A DNA stretch of 64,000 nucleotides from Antedon mediterranea. Taxonomy: Eukaryota; Animalia; Echinodermata. The stretch covers positions 22,896,871 through 22,960,870 of the forward strand of contig NC_092676.1 in NCBI RefSeq assembly GCF_964355755.1. The letters are read 5' to 3'. The notes under the pieces are model-generated. The model did no database searches and was not told the origin of the DNA. It saw only the letters and a list, made by a program, of their open reading frames with translations. This document shows, piece by piece, positions 40,901-55,900 of this stretch; positions within the stretch are counted from its first letter, which is position 1; each line of letters starts with the position of its first letter. The translations under genes and the position numbers were made by a program.

Positions 40901-43900
40901 GCCGTGTTATTAAAAGCATCTTTTGAAACATAACTATAATTTGTAATCATTCCACCATTCACAGACTACTACTAGTCAAAGCGTTTATGCACACCGTGAC
41001 CGCGACCTATCAGCGTTTAAAATGCGCGCCTTCGAGTTTTGCTACTGTGATGGTTCTAGTTACGATGATGCGTTACCTGATTCTATTAAGTAATCTCTAA
41101 CTAGCGCCACCACAGCTTGTGATGGCGCTAGTTACAATCCATGTGTGATAATTGGAATGATGTAATGCATAAACGGAGTGTAACGTGCGCCATTACATTA
41201 TTCTTCATAGTGTCTTTCAGCTCACAAACTGAAATAAACTTTCTTGTTAATAAGTGTAATTAAAAATCAAATTTTCTTATAGGTAAACTTTGGCCATGTG
41301 TACATTCCAGTCGGATTTCAAGCCCCCTCTCAACGTTCACTTGGAGTACTTGGATTTACTCCAAGAGTTTATAATGTTAGAGCCGATGATGTCATAATAG
41401 TAGACAGCAAAACCATTCGGTTTGAAAATTTAGACTACGATGGACGGGCTCCAGGTAATTTATACAAAACAGATATTTTATATAATTATATATATACTCT
41501 GAAATATGAGTCAATATAGGCTTGAAATACAAAAAGTCTATTAATGAATTTCAAGTAAAAAACAACAATGACATGCGGACATCCTGTCATACAGGTTTCC
41601 TGACCTTCGCAGTTAGAGTTTCTCAATTCATGCGAACTATATTTTTAAAATATGTTATGATTTCTTTTCTTTACGAACACATTTTGAGATTAGGTTTTTA
41701 AACAATACATACATTTTTTTGAATATTTGTTTGTGTTAGCTGCATACTTCTGGGCTGGAAACGGACTCCCTAGCACAAGTGGATTTAGAGTTCCAGACGA
41801 AGATGGAGAGTAAGCTTCTATTTTTTATGAAAAGTATTATATAGAGAAGAGTGAATGATATGGTTTAGATTAACAGGAATTCATTATACACCCAACCATA
41901 CATACGGAAATCGTCAGTGTCACCACAAAATTATAACTAAAAACCAAAAAAATCAAATACCCTGCGAAATTAATCTGTATTTTCATGAACTGACACTCAT
42001 TCTTGGCTTCTATATACTAGTTTTTAATTAACAACAAGAAAGTTTAGATAGCTGAATGTTTGAAATAATTACTGACTGATTACTGAATCTAAAAGTAATA
42101 AAAGTGTTGTGCTGTGAAGCTCTCTACGTTAATTTCTGAACGCTAATATCAAATTCTACGCGATTAGTTAAGTTTTCATCAACTTTATATTTTTATTTAT
42201 TTCTTTTACAGTGTGTCTCAAACTATACGTGCATATTCAGGCGAAACTATTACTATCACCTTAACTGGTGGAAACACTGTTTTTGACATTGATTATATTG
42301 GTCTTTGGTGCGAAGCAGCACGTGTAAACTTTGGTCATGTACTTATTCCAGACATGGCTCAATTAAACGTACCACCATCGTATGTTGTGGTAAGTACAGT
42401 TTTTTTTACAGAATTTATAAAAGACAATATAATATACAATTTACAATTTTACAATGTATTTAATGATTCAACATCTCCTGTCGTTCGTTTGCTGAAGCGA
42501 ACTACGTTTGTCCCACCAAACCTGACCTGACGAATAGAAACCATGACAGTTGCAACATTGGCTTGGTTGATAGCCTGTATACCCTCAGAACTACTGCTTT
42601 AGAAAAAGAACACCCTGTCGATAATATGTATTAAATATGACGATAATTGTGATTTGTGTACTGGGTCCTCTGGGAGTTTTTTTACTGAAGAGGTTACCCA
42701 GTATAAAGAATAAATAAATAAATTAAGCAATTATATACATTATATATGTAATTAAGGTCAGTTTTAATTCAATGTATTCAACAGGAACAGAACTGTGAGC
42801 AGTTGAATGATAACCTGCAAGTGCTATGGACCATCGACAATAATATAGTGAACTTCCAGTTGAAAGGAATTGTAGAAGTTGATGAATACATGTCGTTTGG
42901 TATCAGTGGTTCGACTACAAGTACTTCAATGATTGGATCAGATGTTGCTGTCACCTGGTTTGATGGACAGGGTGCACAAGCAGTAGATTACAATATAAAT
43001 TCTTATGCACAGGTATTATAGAACAATTCCTTATTGTTTTGGGCAATACTTAACTTAATCAGAGAACAAAAAACTGTTTGTCGTACAAAATGTCTTGACT
43101 CGTCCGTCCTGTCTGAGTTGAATCCCGACAAGACGAGTCGTCTTGAACTTTAAGAGCCATTGTCTGTAAGAATCAAAGAAATATCCAAAAGAGTGGCAGA
43201 CTAAAAAAAATGGATTTCTTTCAAATTTTGCACATGGCTATATATGTGTTGAGAGAAATCAAATATGAAGTATTTTTTATTTCCCACGTATATTTCCATG
43301 GCAACGGCCAAATTTGTGTTTTTGACAAATTTTGTCCTTTTTTAAGGTTTTTTAAAATGGATATTGGTACTACTTTGATGAACGATATTTTTGTGTTGTT
43401 CATTTAATTATAAAAAATAATTAGTGTATGCATAATAACAATGCATTGTGTACCTGTTTCAATTTTTTTTATTTTTTTTTATTTCATACCTTGGGAGATA
43501 CCATTTATTTAAAAAGGGGTGTTTTTCACTTTTTTTAAATTGTTCAATGCAACTAAACTTTACTTCACCATAACGCCCAAAGTGGTGTATTTTTTTAGCT
43601 GATTTATTACAAATAGGTAGTTCTAATGTTTAATAATTGATTTCTAAAATAAAATACTGGGGTAAATTTAAAATCTACAAGCAGTGTTGCGAGAAACATA
43701 GGCATTTTTATAAAAAAAAAAACATGGTATATTAGTAAAAACATTTTATTTTCTTTGATTATTTGATTTGAAACTCATTGGTCAGAAAAATTCTTAATGT
43801 TTTATATAGTTCTAGTTGTGTTGTGAGAAAAAAAATTAATTTTTAATTATAGATTCTGTAATTCCTAGTTTTAATGTCATTTTATAGGTTATATCCTCTG

Positions 43901-46900
43901 GAAATTAGAATAAATTATCAGATCGTTGTGAATTTTAATCTTTGCAACAGATTACTCCTCTTTTATTTTGAAGCTCCTCTTTCATTTGTTTACTTCTTTT
44001 ATATGCTAACCTAAGCAGATCCCACATGCCCATCCACCACCACTTTCGACTACCACCTCCTCCCCCCCCCCCCACCCCGACTATAACCACAAAAAGATAA
44101 ACTGCAACACTTTGGTCGATCATCCACTATAGAGTGTCAAATGCATGCATTCAAGCACCACCCACACTGCCGCTACTATCGCCCCAATGAATAGACGGAT
44201 TCAAACTCCTCCATCCCATCCCCTCCCCCTTTCTCCAAGCCCCCACCCACCCCAAGTTAAAAATTGCAATGCAAAAGATAGGACATAAAGTTAAGTTTTT
44301 AGACCCTCGCCTTCAACCCCCTAACTATTTAAAAGTCCTGGATCCACCACTTTCCCCTCCCCAAAATAGAACCAATCAAAAGTCAATGATATACTCAGGT
44401 ATGTTAATGCTACATAACAAATATTGAAGCCCTGATTTGAAATTTAATTTCATTTAAGGTCAGCATGTAAAATATCACACTTTATTATTAAATATTGGTT
44501 TTAAATTCTATATTTTTTTTTACTGTGATGGTTGGATTCAGTATTAATTATTAATTAATAATTATCTGATAATTATTTAATTTCCCTTAGTTATGCATAT
44601 CAACAGTTACTATGGTAACTAAAAATGAGATATTCTTTAGATTTTGCATATTTATCTCATACAAATTTAAATTTGTAGATTATTAGCAGGCATGCCTTAT
44701 TTGCATTTTCAAATTACCGTTTCACAAGGTCATATTCGTAAGCACTTTCTTCTGTGATTATTTTTATTCATGAAAACCCCATATTTTATTTACAGCGGCC
44801 ACCTCCCTTAACGGACGCACTTTGAAAAGCCTGTTTGTTCTTCCTATCTAATTAGTGCATTTGGTGCTTACCGTAAGCAGCTGCGGGCACCTTTTTATAC
44901 TAAAAATGAGATTTTTTGTAAGCGGCCAATCGAAAAATGCGATACTTATTGCATGGACCTATGAATTAGAGGTGCATGTTTATTGTATTTCTTTATATAT
45001 TAGCTTTATTTTGAAGAGGTTTTAAAAACATTACTGTGAAGAGATGAGAAAACTACACAGATTTTGACCGACCATTTTTCATATGATAAAAGTTTTTAAA
45101 ATTTGTCTGAAAATGCTAAAAATTACTAAACCACCTGATTATAAATAATAATAGGCCTACAATTAGCTTGAAAATTGAGAGGCTCGTTTCGTTAAGAATA
45201 TCGTATATAGCCGTAATAAGTGATTTTGGCCCTTTAACGGCAGAACCTCCCGTAAGGGGTCACCGCCCGTAAGCGGCCACTTTTCCAGGTCCCGAGGGTG
45301 GCCACTTATGGGAGGTTCAACTGTATTTAAAAAAACAATTATCCTTAGTTATGCATAGAAACAGGTTCTAAGATAACATAAATAATACATTTTGACATAA
45401 CTTGACCCAACAAATGACCCTTTCACAAGGTCAGACATTTTCTGGGATTCAGTAGATAAGTAAATTTGGGAAAAGGTAGTAAAACTATGTAATCAATTGT
45501 TTGTAGTCATGAAACCCATATTAAAAATATTGTACTTAGTTACGTATAGAAACAGTTGCTACAATACACTATAGGTAAAATGTTGATGTCATTTGATCTC
45601 AATAAGTAAACAATTTTTTTTTTCATGAAACTCCATATTTAATTTTTTTTTTTTAATATCATTTGTTACGTAAACAGGTTTAAGATAACACTAAAGGTCA
45701 TTTTTTTTTACCTTTATTCAGATTCGTCAAGACTTTCTTTCTGAGATTATTAGGATTCAGTATTTAAAGTAAATTTGGCAAAAAGTAGAAATGTAAAACT
45801 ATGTAGAAAAAATGTTTTGTATTTATGAAAAACCCCTTATTTTTTTTGAAATTTTCGCATAGAAACAGTTACTATGGTAAAATGTTGACCTCAAAATGAA
45901 TGAATTTACAAGGTCAAGTTTGTCATTAATTGAATGCAGTAGAAGTAAAATTGAGAAAAATTACAAATGCAATCAATTCTTTGTATTTATAAAAACGCCA
46001 TTTTTTACGTTTAAAAAAAAATACTTTCCTTAGTTACACATAGAAATGGTTGCTAAGGTAACACTATAGGTAAAATATGAAAATTGTTGAGAATTGTTAT
46101 GAACTATCTTGTAAATTTTGATCAAACATTAATAGTTGTAGTAAAGTGGGGACCTGTCCTGTTTTGCATTCTGACCCCTTTTGACCTCAAATGACCTATT
46201 TGCAAGGTCAGATTTTTTGGGAGGTCTTTCTGTATCTCTTTACACAAAATAGATTTAAAAATTTATAAAAACCATTGACGCAATTATTTCCAAGTTTAAC
46301 ATTATTTTCCATCAACTACATATTTCAATGCAAAATACTGTTTTTCTGGCAATTAATTGAAATAAACCTGGCAACACATTCTCCTATTTTATCTAAACTA
46401 TTCGTATGACTCTAGTAGCATTATGACAAGCCACATATACATTTTATTATTGGATTAGCCATATTTAAATTGTGTTTCATGTGTTTTGTTTGTTGATATT
46501 TTGTTATATTTTATGTATTTTTCGTATTTTCCTGGCAGCACAAAACCTATGTACAAAATTTACCCTATAATTTTTTTCGTGATTATTGTTGACAAACCTA
46601 TTGACTATCAAATTAAAAAACCTCATTGATTTAAAAACACCATTTTGGAAGTTATAGGTACGTTTATGAGGTATACTTTTATAAAAAAAATATTTTTTAA
46701 AAACACCCCTTTTTAAAATAATGGTATCAACCAAACTCCATTTTGTAATTTATTTTTTTTCTACATTAAATGGAACTCAATACATGTTGTTTACACTGCT
46801 ATAAACAAAAACTGTATACTGTAAGTATTTTTGGTTAAAATAAGTATACAAGTTTGTACTTTTTCACTATAGAAAATCTGTGAAAAATGGCAAAAACATC

Positions 46901-49900
46901 AACATTTGGATAATTGACCGTTGTCATGGCAACGGAGGCTAAAAATTAAAATGAATGTTGTAGATATGCTTTTTATTGAAATGTCTATTCATGGTAACAA
47001 TTTGAGAGAAATCCATTTTTTTACATCTGCCACCAAATCTTTGATTTTTACAGACAATGGCTCTTAAACATGTACGAAGCTGTCTGTGATTATTGTTATC
47101 AACCAGTTCAATGATACAAAATCAACTTCTTGCAAACTTAGTCGAACATATATAAGTTTTTATTTCCATAATGTCCATTTTTGTTTTGTTTTAGTGTTCA
47201 GGTGGATTTGGTGCTTGTCCAGATCTGTCCTCCAGTAGTAGAGGTGCAAATGATTTAACAGGTATATCTGGAAATGTTGAAGATGGTGTGACCAGTATTT
47301 TATATTCCAGGTTACTGAATACAGGTAGGCATACACCCAAAAATGTCTAATTGAGTATACAAATCTATCAAAATATTTTTGCTTTGGTAAAATGTTTTAA
47401 TTAGGTAATATTATAAGACACAATTCGATTGAATTTGTTATATTATTTTGGGTCACATGTTATTCAATAGACATATACTATTGAATTCTTCAACAGAGTC
47501 CAATGTTCTTGTTGTGTTACAAAATCAACCTGTGGTGTCACACCGTCTTGGTGTGTTCAAAAACAAGTATTGAATGTTTTATATTCGTGCAAATGGTACA
47601 AATACTTTCATTCTGCGAAAGATGAAACGTTCTAGTATTTATGTAATTTTACTTAATACTGCAGTAAGTACATTTGAGAATACTTCAACGCTACTTTGAA
47701 GTAGTTATTAAATTATCATAATACTTTTATACTGTATTGTAATGGTGTTTTTTCTATGGTTGTTGTAGGAGATGCAACTGATAAAATAATTCCAACATCA
47801 GGGGAAACCTATGTGTCTTGGGCTATTGGACCAATAAACAGCGATGGCTTAGCTGCAAGACATTCAGTTGCAACAGAAGGTAAGCAGTTAAATACAGATA
47901 ACATATACAAATAATACTTCACTTGTATTTGTATTAATGATGATAATAGTATTTCTTTGATTTAATTTACTTTATCCCTTATTGAGAGGAGGGGACACAC
48001 CAAATAAAAAAAAAGAAGGATACATCGCAAATGTTACTTTACCCTATCGATATGCGGTATATGTCTATAATGTATTAACATTATTATTCAAATCGCTCAA
48101 ACAGGACCTTATCTTATTTTTTCCTTCAGTAAATCTTCCATCCAACAGTGGGAAAACGATAAACTTCGGTCGATCGCCATCCAGTACCTGTACTGCTCTC
48201 ATTGGACCTGATCTGCGAGTTGATGGTTGGGACGAACAGACCATTAGCCAAAGTGTAACTAACTTCCAAGCTGTGATTGGGCCCAATGGAGGTAACAAAG
48301 GCTACAATTATATAACAGGTATGGCTTTAAGTTATTTGATTTATTATATGATATACTAATGTCTTTTCTAAATAGATTTTTTTTAAACTTTCTCATTATA
48401 AATTTCTGTTTGTTGTTTTAATCTGTATACAACTCTTTGATTCATAAAAATGTTGTTTTCATGGATCCGTTGAATATGATTTAATAAAGTGTAAAATGAT
48501 TTTTGTATACGATAACGTTGATGAACAGTTATTATTGATGCAATGTAAAATTATATAAACTGCTATGATATATATATATATTTATATAGCTAACTAACTT
48601 TTGAAAGCTACAAAATGTAGCAGAACATCTAAGGTCTTCTTTAATATTAAGTATAATATTTTCATACAGGAAATGTCGGATGGGGAATCTCATGGTACAT
48701 CAACGGGTTGCTTATTCCACGTCTAACATTGACACGTGGAACAACATACACATTTACAGTAAACGGAGGAAATGACCCAAGTAACAATGCAGACTACCAT
48801 CCATTTTATCTTACTAATGATCCAGCCGGTGGGTATGCTGCTATATCAGCTTCGGAACAGGTGATGATCAAATTTCAGTCATAACATTAACTCCTTTAAC
48901 TACTTTAACTTTATTATAGGCTGCCACGCACGAGGACGATGAATAGATAAAGATGTTTTTTGTTTATAAAACAAAAGAAAAGATTTTAATTATAGAACTA
49001 TAGGATAACCATTATTGCTGTCTGTCTAAATCCAATCAAATGAATCAATAAGAACATTCAAATCGTTATATTGTCACGATATATTGCTTTTACTAATCAT
49101 GATGTAATTATTACTCTTGTTAATCATTACGCCATTTGACTGGAGGTGAAAATATAATTCATCAAGGCAGAATGGTTGTCGTCTCATTTTGTATAGTTTT
49201 TTTCGATTAAGTTGTACACGTGTTGTTCTCAAAACTGTCATAATACTTAGGCAGGCCTACTGTAGATTTAAAAAATAATAATTTTAGTGATTTGTATGAA
49301 ATATTTTTCTTCTTATTTATGTTCACAAAATCTATTTCCTTTTTTGTCTTAATAATGAATTTTCTACTATTTTTTATTTTAGGCAATGCAACAAATATAT
49401 GCAGGTCCAACGAGTAAGTTTTTTTTAAATCGCAACAAATATATATTTAGCAATTATAATACTACTTTCCGTACTTATTAGGCACATACGATTATAAATG
49501 GTGTGCATTATTTCTTGCTTGCATTAAACATTTAAAACATACTACGAATTGTTATCTGCTGGAGTAAACAAAAAAGAACAATGTATAATTTTAATAAATT
49601 ATTATTTTCCGAATTTGTTTTCTAGTTTGTAATTTAAATACCTAAATGTCTTGTTTTATAAAGCTGGTCCTATCTGTAAATACGTAAGCTCAAATGGAAT
49701 GGATCAAAGTGAACAGTCGGATACCTTCCAAGACTACGCTAACACATTGTCACTAGACTGTGATCAAACAGGTACAATTATGATGTTTACACCAGATGGA
49801 AATACACCAGACAAAATTTACTATCAGGTTAGTTGACTTTGAAGTCAATTCCAGATGCATTCTTTCCAAAATGTAATAGTTTACAGAAGATTATGAAAAT

Positions 49901-52900
49901 GTGATGCTTGTATACTGTATCTAAAACTAAATGATTTTATATTAAAATGATTTTAATATTAAAAGGACGTAAATATATAAAGTTCCTATCTACTACACTT
50001 AACTGTTGTTAACATAGATCAGCTAACTCGTTCAAGTGACGAGTTACTATCAGATTTTTGTTAGTATTTGAGTTTTCTTTAATTTTAGTTTTGCTTACTT
50101 TCCTTTTCCATTTTTTTTTAAATGTCGATACAAAATTACACTAACGTATTATAATATTAATTTATCATTGCATTTAGGTAGAACTAGTTTATAAAACATA
50201 TCAGCAAAATTGTTATTGTTAATATTCTGGTGAAAAAATCATCTTTTTCAGTGTTATACTCATCGATATCTAGGATGGGAAATAGACGTTGTTGATCCAG
50301 GTAAGTATTACACACTACCTGAATTGTTTTGAAACTCAATGTAATGACAAATTACAGTATAGCATCAAGGAAGAGTTTGTTTCGCAAAGAAAAAAATAAA
50401 AATTAGTAATAATACAAATGATACACCAAGTAACAACACACAAAAGACGTCAACATAAACAACACAGCAAAAAGTGACATGTTTTGCTAAATATTCAGTA
50501 CAATACCGAATATTGCAAGAAATATATTATTTATTATACCGTATGTATAGTGCAATTATGTCATATAGTATATCTGACATACTGAAGCATGGTTACTACT
50601 TGGATGCAACGCAACCACAAGCGCCAGTGCTGATGATCCATCGCGTCGTGATATAAGAGTACCTTCCTGACACAATGGTAGGATAGGTATCACCATAACG
50701 ATAGAAACTTCAAGAAAGATTTATGTAATTTCACTCAATATCATCAAATATTGCTTCCTTATTGTTGTTTTTGTTTAGATTTCTTTTAATATACACAAAC
50801 AATCTTTTATTATGTGCATATTTTAATTTTAAAAATCGTTGTTTTAAATGAATACAAATGATTCTAATGTTATAAATTAGACCTAAATAAAATGTATGTT
50901 TTTCATTCTCTTTTACAAAAAGGATGCGCTACATCACCTTGTATGAATGGTGGTCTATGTCTTCCGACTACAAATGGGTACTTTTGTGTCTGCCCAGCAA
51001 GCTACAGTGGTGTCAACTGCGAGATAGCTGGTCCGTGTGCCAATAATCCTTGCTTAAATGGTGGAATGTGCACGCCAATAGGAACGTCATATCAGTGCTC
51101 CTGTATGCCTGGATTCAGTGGCAGCAACTGTGAACAAGGTAGTATATACAAATACATCAAGGCAGGATTACAATACATTTCCTTAACATTGGCAATTCTT
51201 ATACAATGCGACGACCAATGATAAAATATGCGTAGGTCCGATAGTCGCAAATCAAAGGCCCACTAATAGTAACACGGCCATGAAAAGAACAGCCATAATC
51301 TTACTTACTTACTTAGTCCGGGACATACCCAAACTTATATGACAAGATTCCTCCATAATTTCCTATCTGCCATTGTGACAGCCAGTTCTTCTCTTTGCAT
51401 ACCAAAATCCGTCTCTTGAGTGCTAGTCTTCCATATAAATACATCATCTTTTTAAAAGTAGTCGATATTATAGAGATGTCGGACTCAATTTAGTATAAGA
51501 AGTCTGTAATTATAACGTTTCAAAATGTTGTTAATTTTATAGTTGACATAACTCCTTGTGGTCAGATTCCTTGTATGAATGGAGGAACGTGCACAAATTT
51601 AGGTACAACTAGTTACATTTGCAGCTGTCCCACATCCTACTACGGTCAGAATTGTGAACTTGTGAATCCATGTAGTGTAAACCCATGTCTTGGTGGAGGA
51701 ACATGTGTCGCCGACGGCTCCTCATACACTTGCATTTGCCCTGTGGGGCTAAGTGGAAGTAATTGCCAAGATAGTAAGTAATGTTATAATAAAAGTAGTG
51801 ATTTTATTATTTTTAGAATTAACCAATTTTTCAAAAGCTATTATTATAATTATTGCTGTGGATATTCTGATATAATATTACCAATTAAATTAACATTATT
51901 ATATTATTGAAAAAAATATTAATGCGTATTATATTATTATATTATTAAATAATAACAGCTACTCCTACTGCTTGCGACTCATCACCCTGCATAAACTTTG
52001 GAACATGTAATGCAATAGTTGGAGGATATTTCTGCACGTGTGTTCTTGGTTACGTTGGAGTTAACTGTGAGCAACGTGAGTAAACTAAACAAAAATATTA
52101 TACTGGTGTAAATAATTCAAGTTGATACCCGTACTTAGACCGTTGATATCCATATCTACTGTTGATACCCATGCCTAGCATTGATACCCATGCCTACCAC
52201 TGATACCTGATATCCATAAATACAGTTGATCCCCGTACATAAAGTGCCATTGAAACCTGTACCTACAGTTCATACCATATACCTACAGTCCATGTATGCT
52301 CCTAAGTTCATATCCATACGATTGATATTTGTACCTAATTAAAAAACCAACATGATGATCAGTATTCTATTACCTGCTAATAAAAAAACTTCTCTATTTA
52401 AACGGTTGTTCCAACAATCGTGTTTCAAAGTTGATATAGCCATGCACTTTGTAGTTTTACTACACAATTAAATTACATTGTTTTGTATTAAATTAAAACA
52501 ACAATTATTATTCATGTAGCTGCTTCTTGTGAACAGGGTTACTGTTTGAATGGAGGACAATGTTCGTTTGACCTCCCAACCGCTACTGCCACTTGCTTCT
52601 GTAATAGTGGATTTACTGGTACTCGATGTGAAACAGGTAAAGACACTTTTGGTTCGTTTGGAAAATTCATACTGAATTATTATAAGACCTATTAAAGAAT
52701 TTATAGCTCTAATCTATACCAGCATACAGTAAGTTGACAGGCTGGTGATGTCAGTCGTCTGAATTCACACCAGTTCAATTAATATTAATTGGCCTACTTC
52801 ATGTAATAATTAAATGTGTAGGCTACTGTGAGCCTATGCAAATAAATATAATTGTAAAGAAAATACTGCTGACAAGATATGAACGATTGTTACTTTTAGA

Positions 52901-55900
52901 ATTATTATCTGTAGGCCTATAATAATTAATTGTATAATACAGGGAAGTTACTTATAGTTTGCTTTGTTCTTTTTCCATCTTAGTTTCTTCTTGTTTTCAT
53001 CTTAGTTTTTTCTTTCATTTGTCTTCTTTTGCTTGTTTTTCCCTTTATTATTTAGTTTATTCCTCCATTTTTTTCATTTTCTTCTTTACTCACACTTCGT
53101 TTGTTTTAAAGCATTCATAGGATGTAACACTTCACCTTGCCAAAATGGAGGAATGTGTTTAGAGCAACAATCCACTGCTTCCTATTTCTGCTTATGTCAA
53201 AATGGTTATAGTGGCACGAATTGCGAAATAGCACCAGTTGACCTCTGTACACCTAGCCCTTGTTTAAATGGAGGTATTTGTCAGTCTTTGTCTACTACGG
53301 AGTATCTGTGCCTGTGTCAGTCAGGCTATACAGGCACTACATGTGAACAATGTAAGTTTCATGAAAAATTCACATTAAATTTGTGTAAAGTTTAGGAGAA
53401 GATGATTAGATAATTTGAAAAATATTTAGCGCTAATTGTTTGCTAACATAATATTTATAATCCAGCATTTGTCAAAGAAAAACAATGAATCATTATTTGT
53501 AAACATTTAACAAACCTATGTTAGAACATATTTATTTATTGTTTAAATACCTCCAGATACAGAAGAAATTATTAAATTCATATTATTTGGTAAACATAAT
53601 AAGTATGCTTATGAGATGAGTGAATAGCTGACTTTGCATTTCGATAACTTATAATTTGAACACTGAATATACCATTTTTTTTTATATCATAAAACAAGTG
53701 GATAAGCTATATGGTACATAGACTTCGTGATTCCAAAAATTGACACTTTTTGTAATCATTTATACAATAATAACACTTTAATAAAAAAATCCATCAGTGT
53801 TTTACATAGCCCTATAATGTTTTTTTACAGTTAACTTCTGTGCTAATTCACCGTGTCTGAATGGAGGATTGTGTACAAGTACTACCACCGGATACTTCTG
53901 CACATGCGTCAATTCATACTCTGGAGCAAACTGTGAAATTTCACCAACAAGTAAGTACCTGTCCTTGCACCTTGTACTTATGTATTTGAAATATTGTGAA
54001 GCATAATTACTATATAAATGTTTACGAACGAAGACTCGTGAGTAATATTACATATTGTTTCTTTTTCACAGCTAATTTCTGTGCGAATTCGCCGTGTCTA
54101 AATGGAGGGGGTTGTACAAGTACTTCATCCGAATACTTCTGCACATGCGTCAATTCATACTCCGGAGCAAACTGTGAAATTCCACCAACAAGTAAGTACC
54201 TATCCTTGCACCTTGTACTTATGTATTTGTAATAATGTGAAGCATAATTACTATATAAAATGTTTACGAACGAAGACTCGTGAGTAATATTACATATTGT
54301 TTCTTTTTCACAGCTAATTTTTGTGCGAATTCGCCGTGTCTAAATGGAGGGGGTTGTACAAGTACTTCATCCGGATACTTCTGCACATGCGTCAATTCAT
54401 ACTCCGGAGCAAACTGTGAAATTCCACCAACAAGTAAGTACCTCTCCTTGCACCTTGTACTTATGTATTTGTAATAATGTGAAGCATAATTACTATATAA
54501 ATGTTTACGAACGAAGACTCGTGAGTAATATTACATATTGTTTCTTTTTCACAGCTAATTTCTGTGCGAATTCGCCGTGTCTAAATGGAGGGGGTTGTAC
54601 AAGTACTTCATCCGGATACTTCTGCACATGCGTCAATTCATACTCCGGAGCAAACTGTGAAACACCACCAACAAGTGAGTGATTGACTTGCTTTTACCTT
54701 GTATTGTACAGCTGCTCTATTCTATAAATACAAACTACCTGTATACCTGGTTGACTACACATATCTAGTTAACCCTTTTAATGAACCAAGAACATGTACA
54801 GTATGAATTAATATATATATTTTTTTGTTTTAATCAGCTAACTTTTGTATTAATTCGCCGTGTTTGAATGGAGGATTGTGTACAAGTACTTCAAATGGAT
54901 ACTTCTGCACATGCGTCAATTCGTACTCTGGAGCAAACTGTGAAATACCACCCACCAGTGAGTGATTGACTTGCTTTTACCTTGTATTTATATTTTTAAA
55001 TTAATGTGACGAATTACGTACTATATAATAGCTAACTACACATGTGTGTACCTGTTTACGAGTCAAGACCATGTGCTATTACATATTTGTTTTGTTTTTT
55101 CACAGCTAATTTCTGTGCCAATTCACCGTGTCTAAATGGAGGGGGTTGTACAAGTACTTCAACTGGATACTTCTGCACATGCGTCAATTCATACTCTGGA
55201 GCAAACTGTGAAATACCACCAACCAGTGAGTGATTAACTTCTTTCATGCACATTTTATTTATCATTTAAAGAATTATAATGGTAAACTATGCATGCCTGG
55301 TTAAGTACTCATGGTATTGTAACTGATTACGAACCGAACTATATTATGTGCTATTATTGTTTTCTTTTGACAGCTAATTTCTGTGCGAATTCGCCGTGTC
55401 TGAACGGAGGGATTTGTACAAGTACTTCAAATGGATACTTCTGCACATGCGTCAATGCATACTCTGGACCTAACTGTGAAACCCCACCAACCAGTGAGTG
55501 ACTAACTTACCTGAACCTTGTATTTATGTATTTTTAAATCAAGTCAACTAAAGACTATATCCGGTAAACTATAAACGGTACCAATCGTAAAACAATAAAA
55601 TTAATCAAACATTCCATTAATGGATATAACATATTTATAAAAATCTTACTGTTTAGAGTTTTAGTCATGAAGTCCACTTTTTCTATATTAATCCTTTATT
55701 AATCTCGGAAGCAAACCAATACATATTTTTTAAATACTATTCATCTCTTTAGCGAGAAAACGTACATTAACAATGCTTTACATTTTTGTATTCTTTAAAC
55801 AAATTTTCAGTTGACGTCTGTTCCAGTATACCATGTCTTAATGGCGGCCTCTGTACTAGTACTTCTACAGGTTATGTTTGCGAATGCGTTAATTCGTACT

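Larger units (their letters stand above)
43154..47063. mobile_element. Non-autonomous DNA transposon, Sola3-like (3.9 kb)
   Basis: TTAA at 43150-43153 and 47064-47067. Termini GAGCCATTGTCTGTAA..TTACAGACAATGGCTC. Patchy inverted similarity extends about 350 bp (AAAAAAATGGATTTCT; CATGGCAACGG; GATACCATT..AAAAAGGGGTGTTTT). No transposase ORF seen. Confidence 0.75.

Noticed and set aside
41098-41134. Palindrome TAACTAGCGCCACCACA..TGTGATGGCGCTAGTTA
   Set aside because: It is a short isolated hairpin with no element boundaries or terminator context.
44030-44370. C-rich tracts (possible G-quadruplex on the minus strand) and ORF 43935-44123
   Set aside because: This is low-complexity interior of the Sola3-like element with no coding signal.
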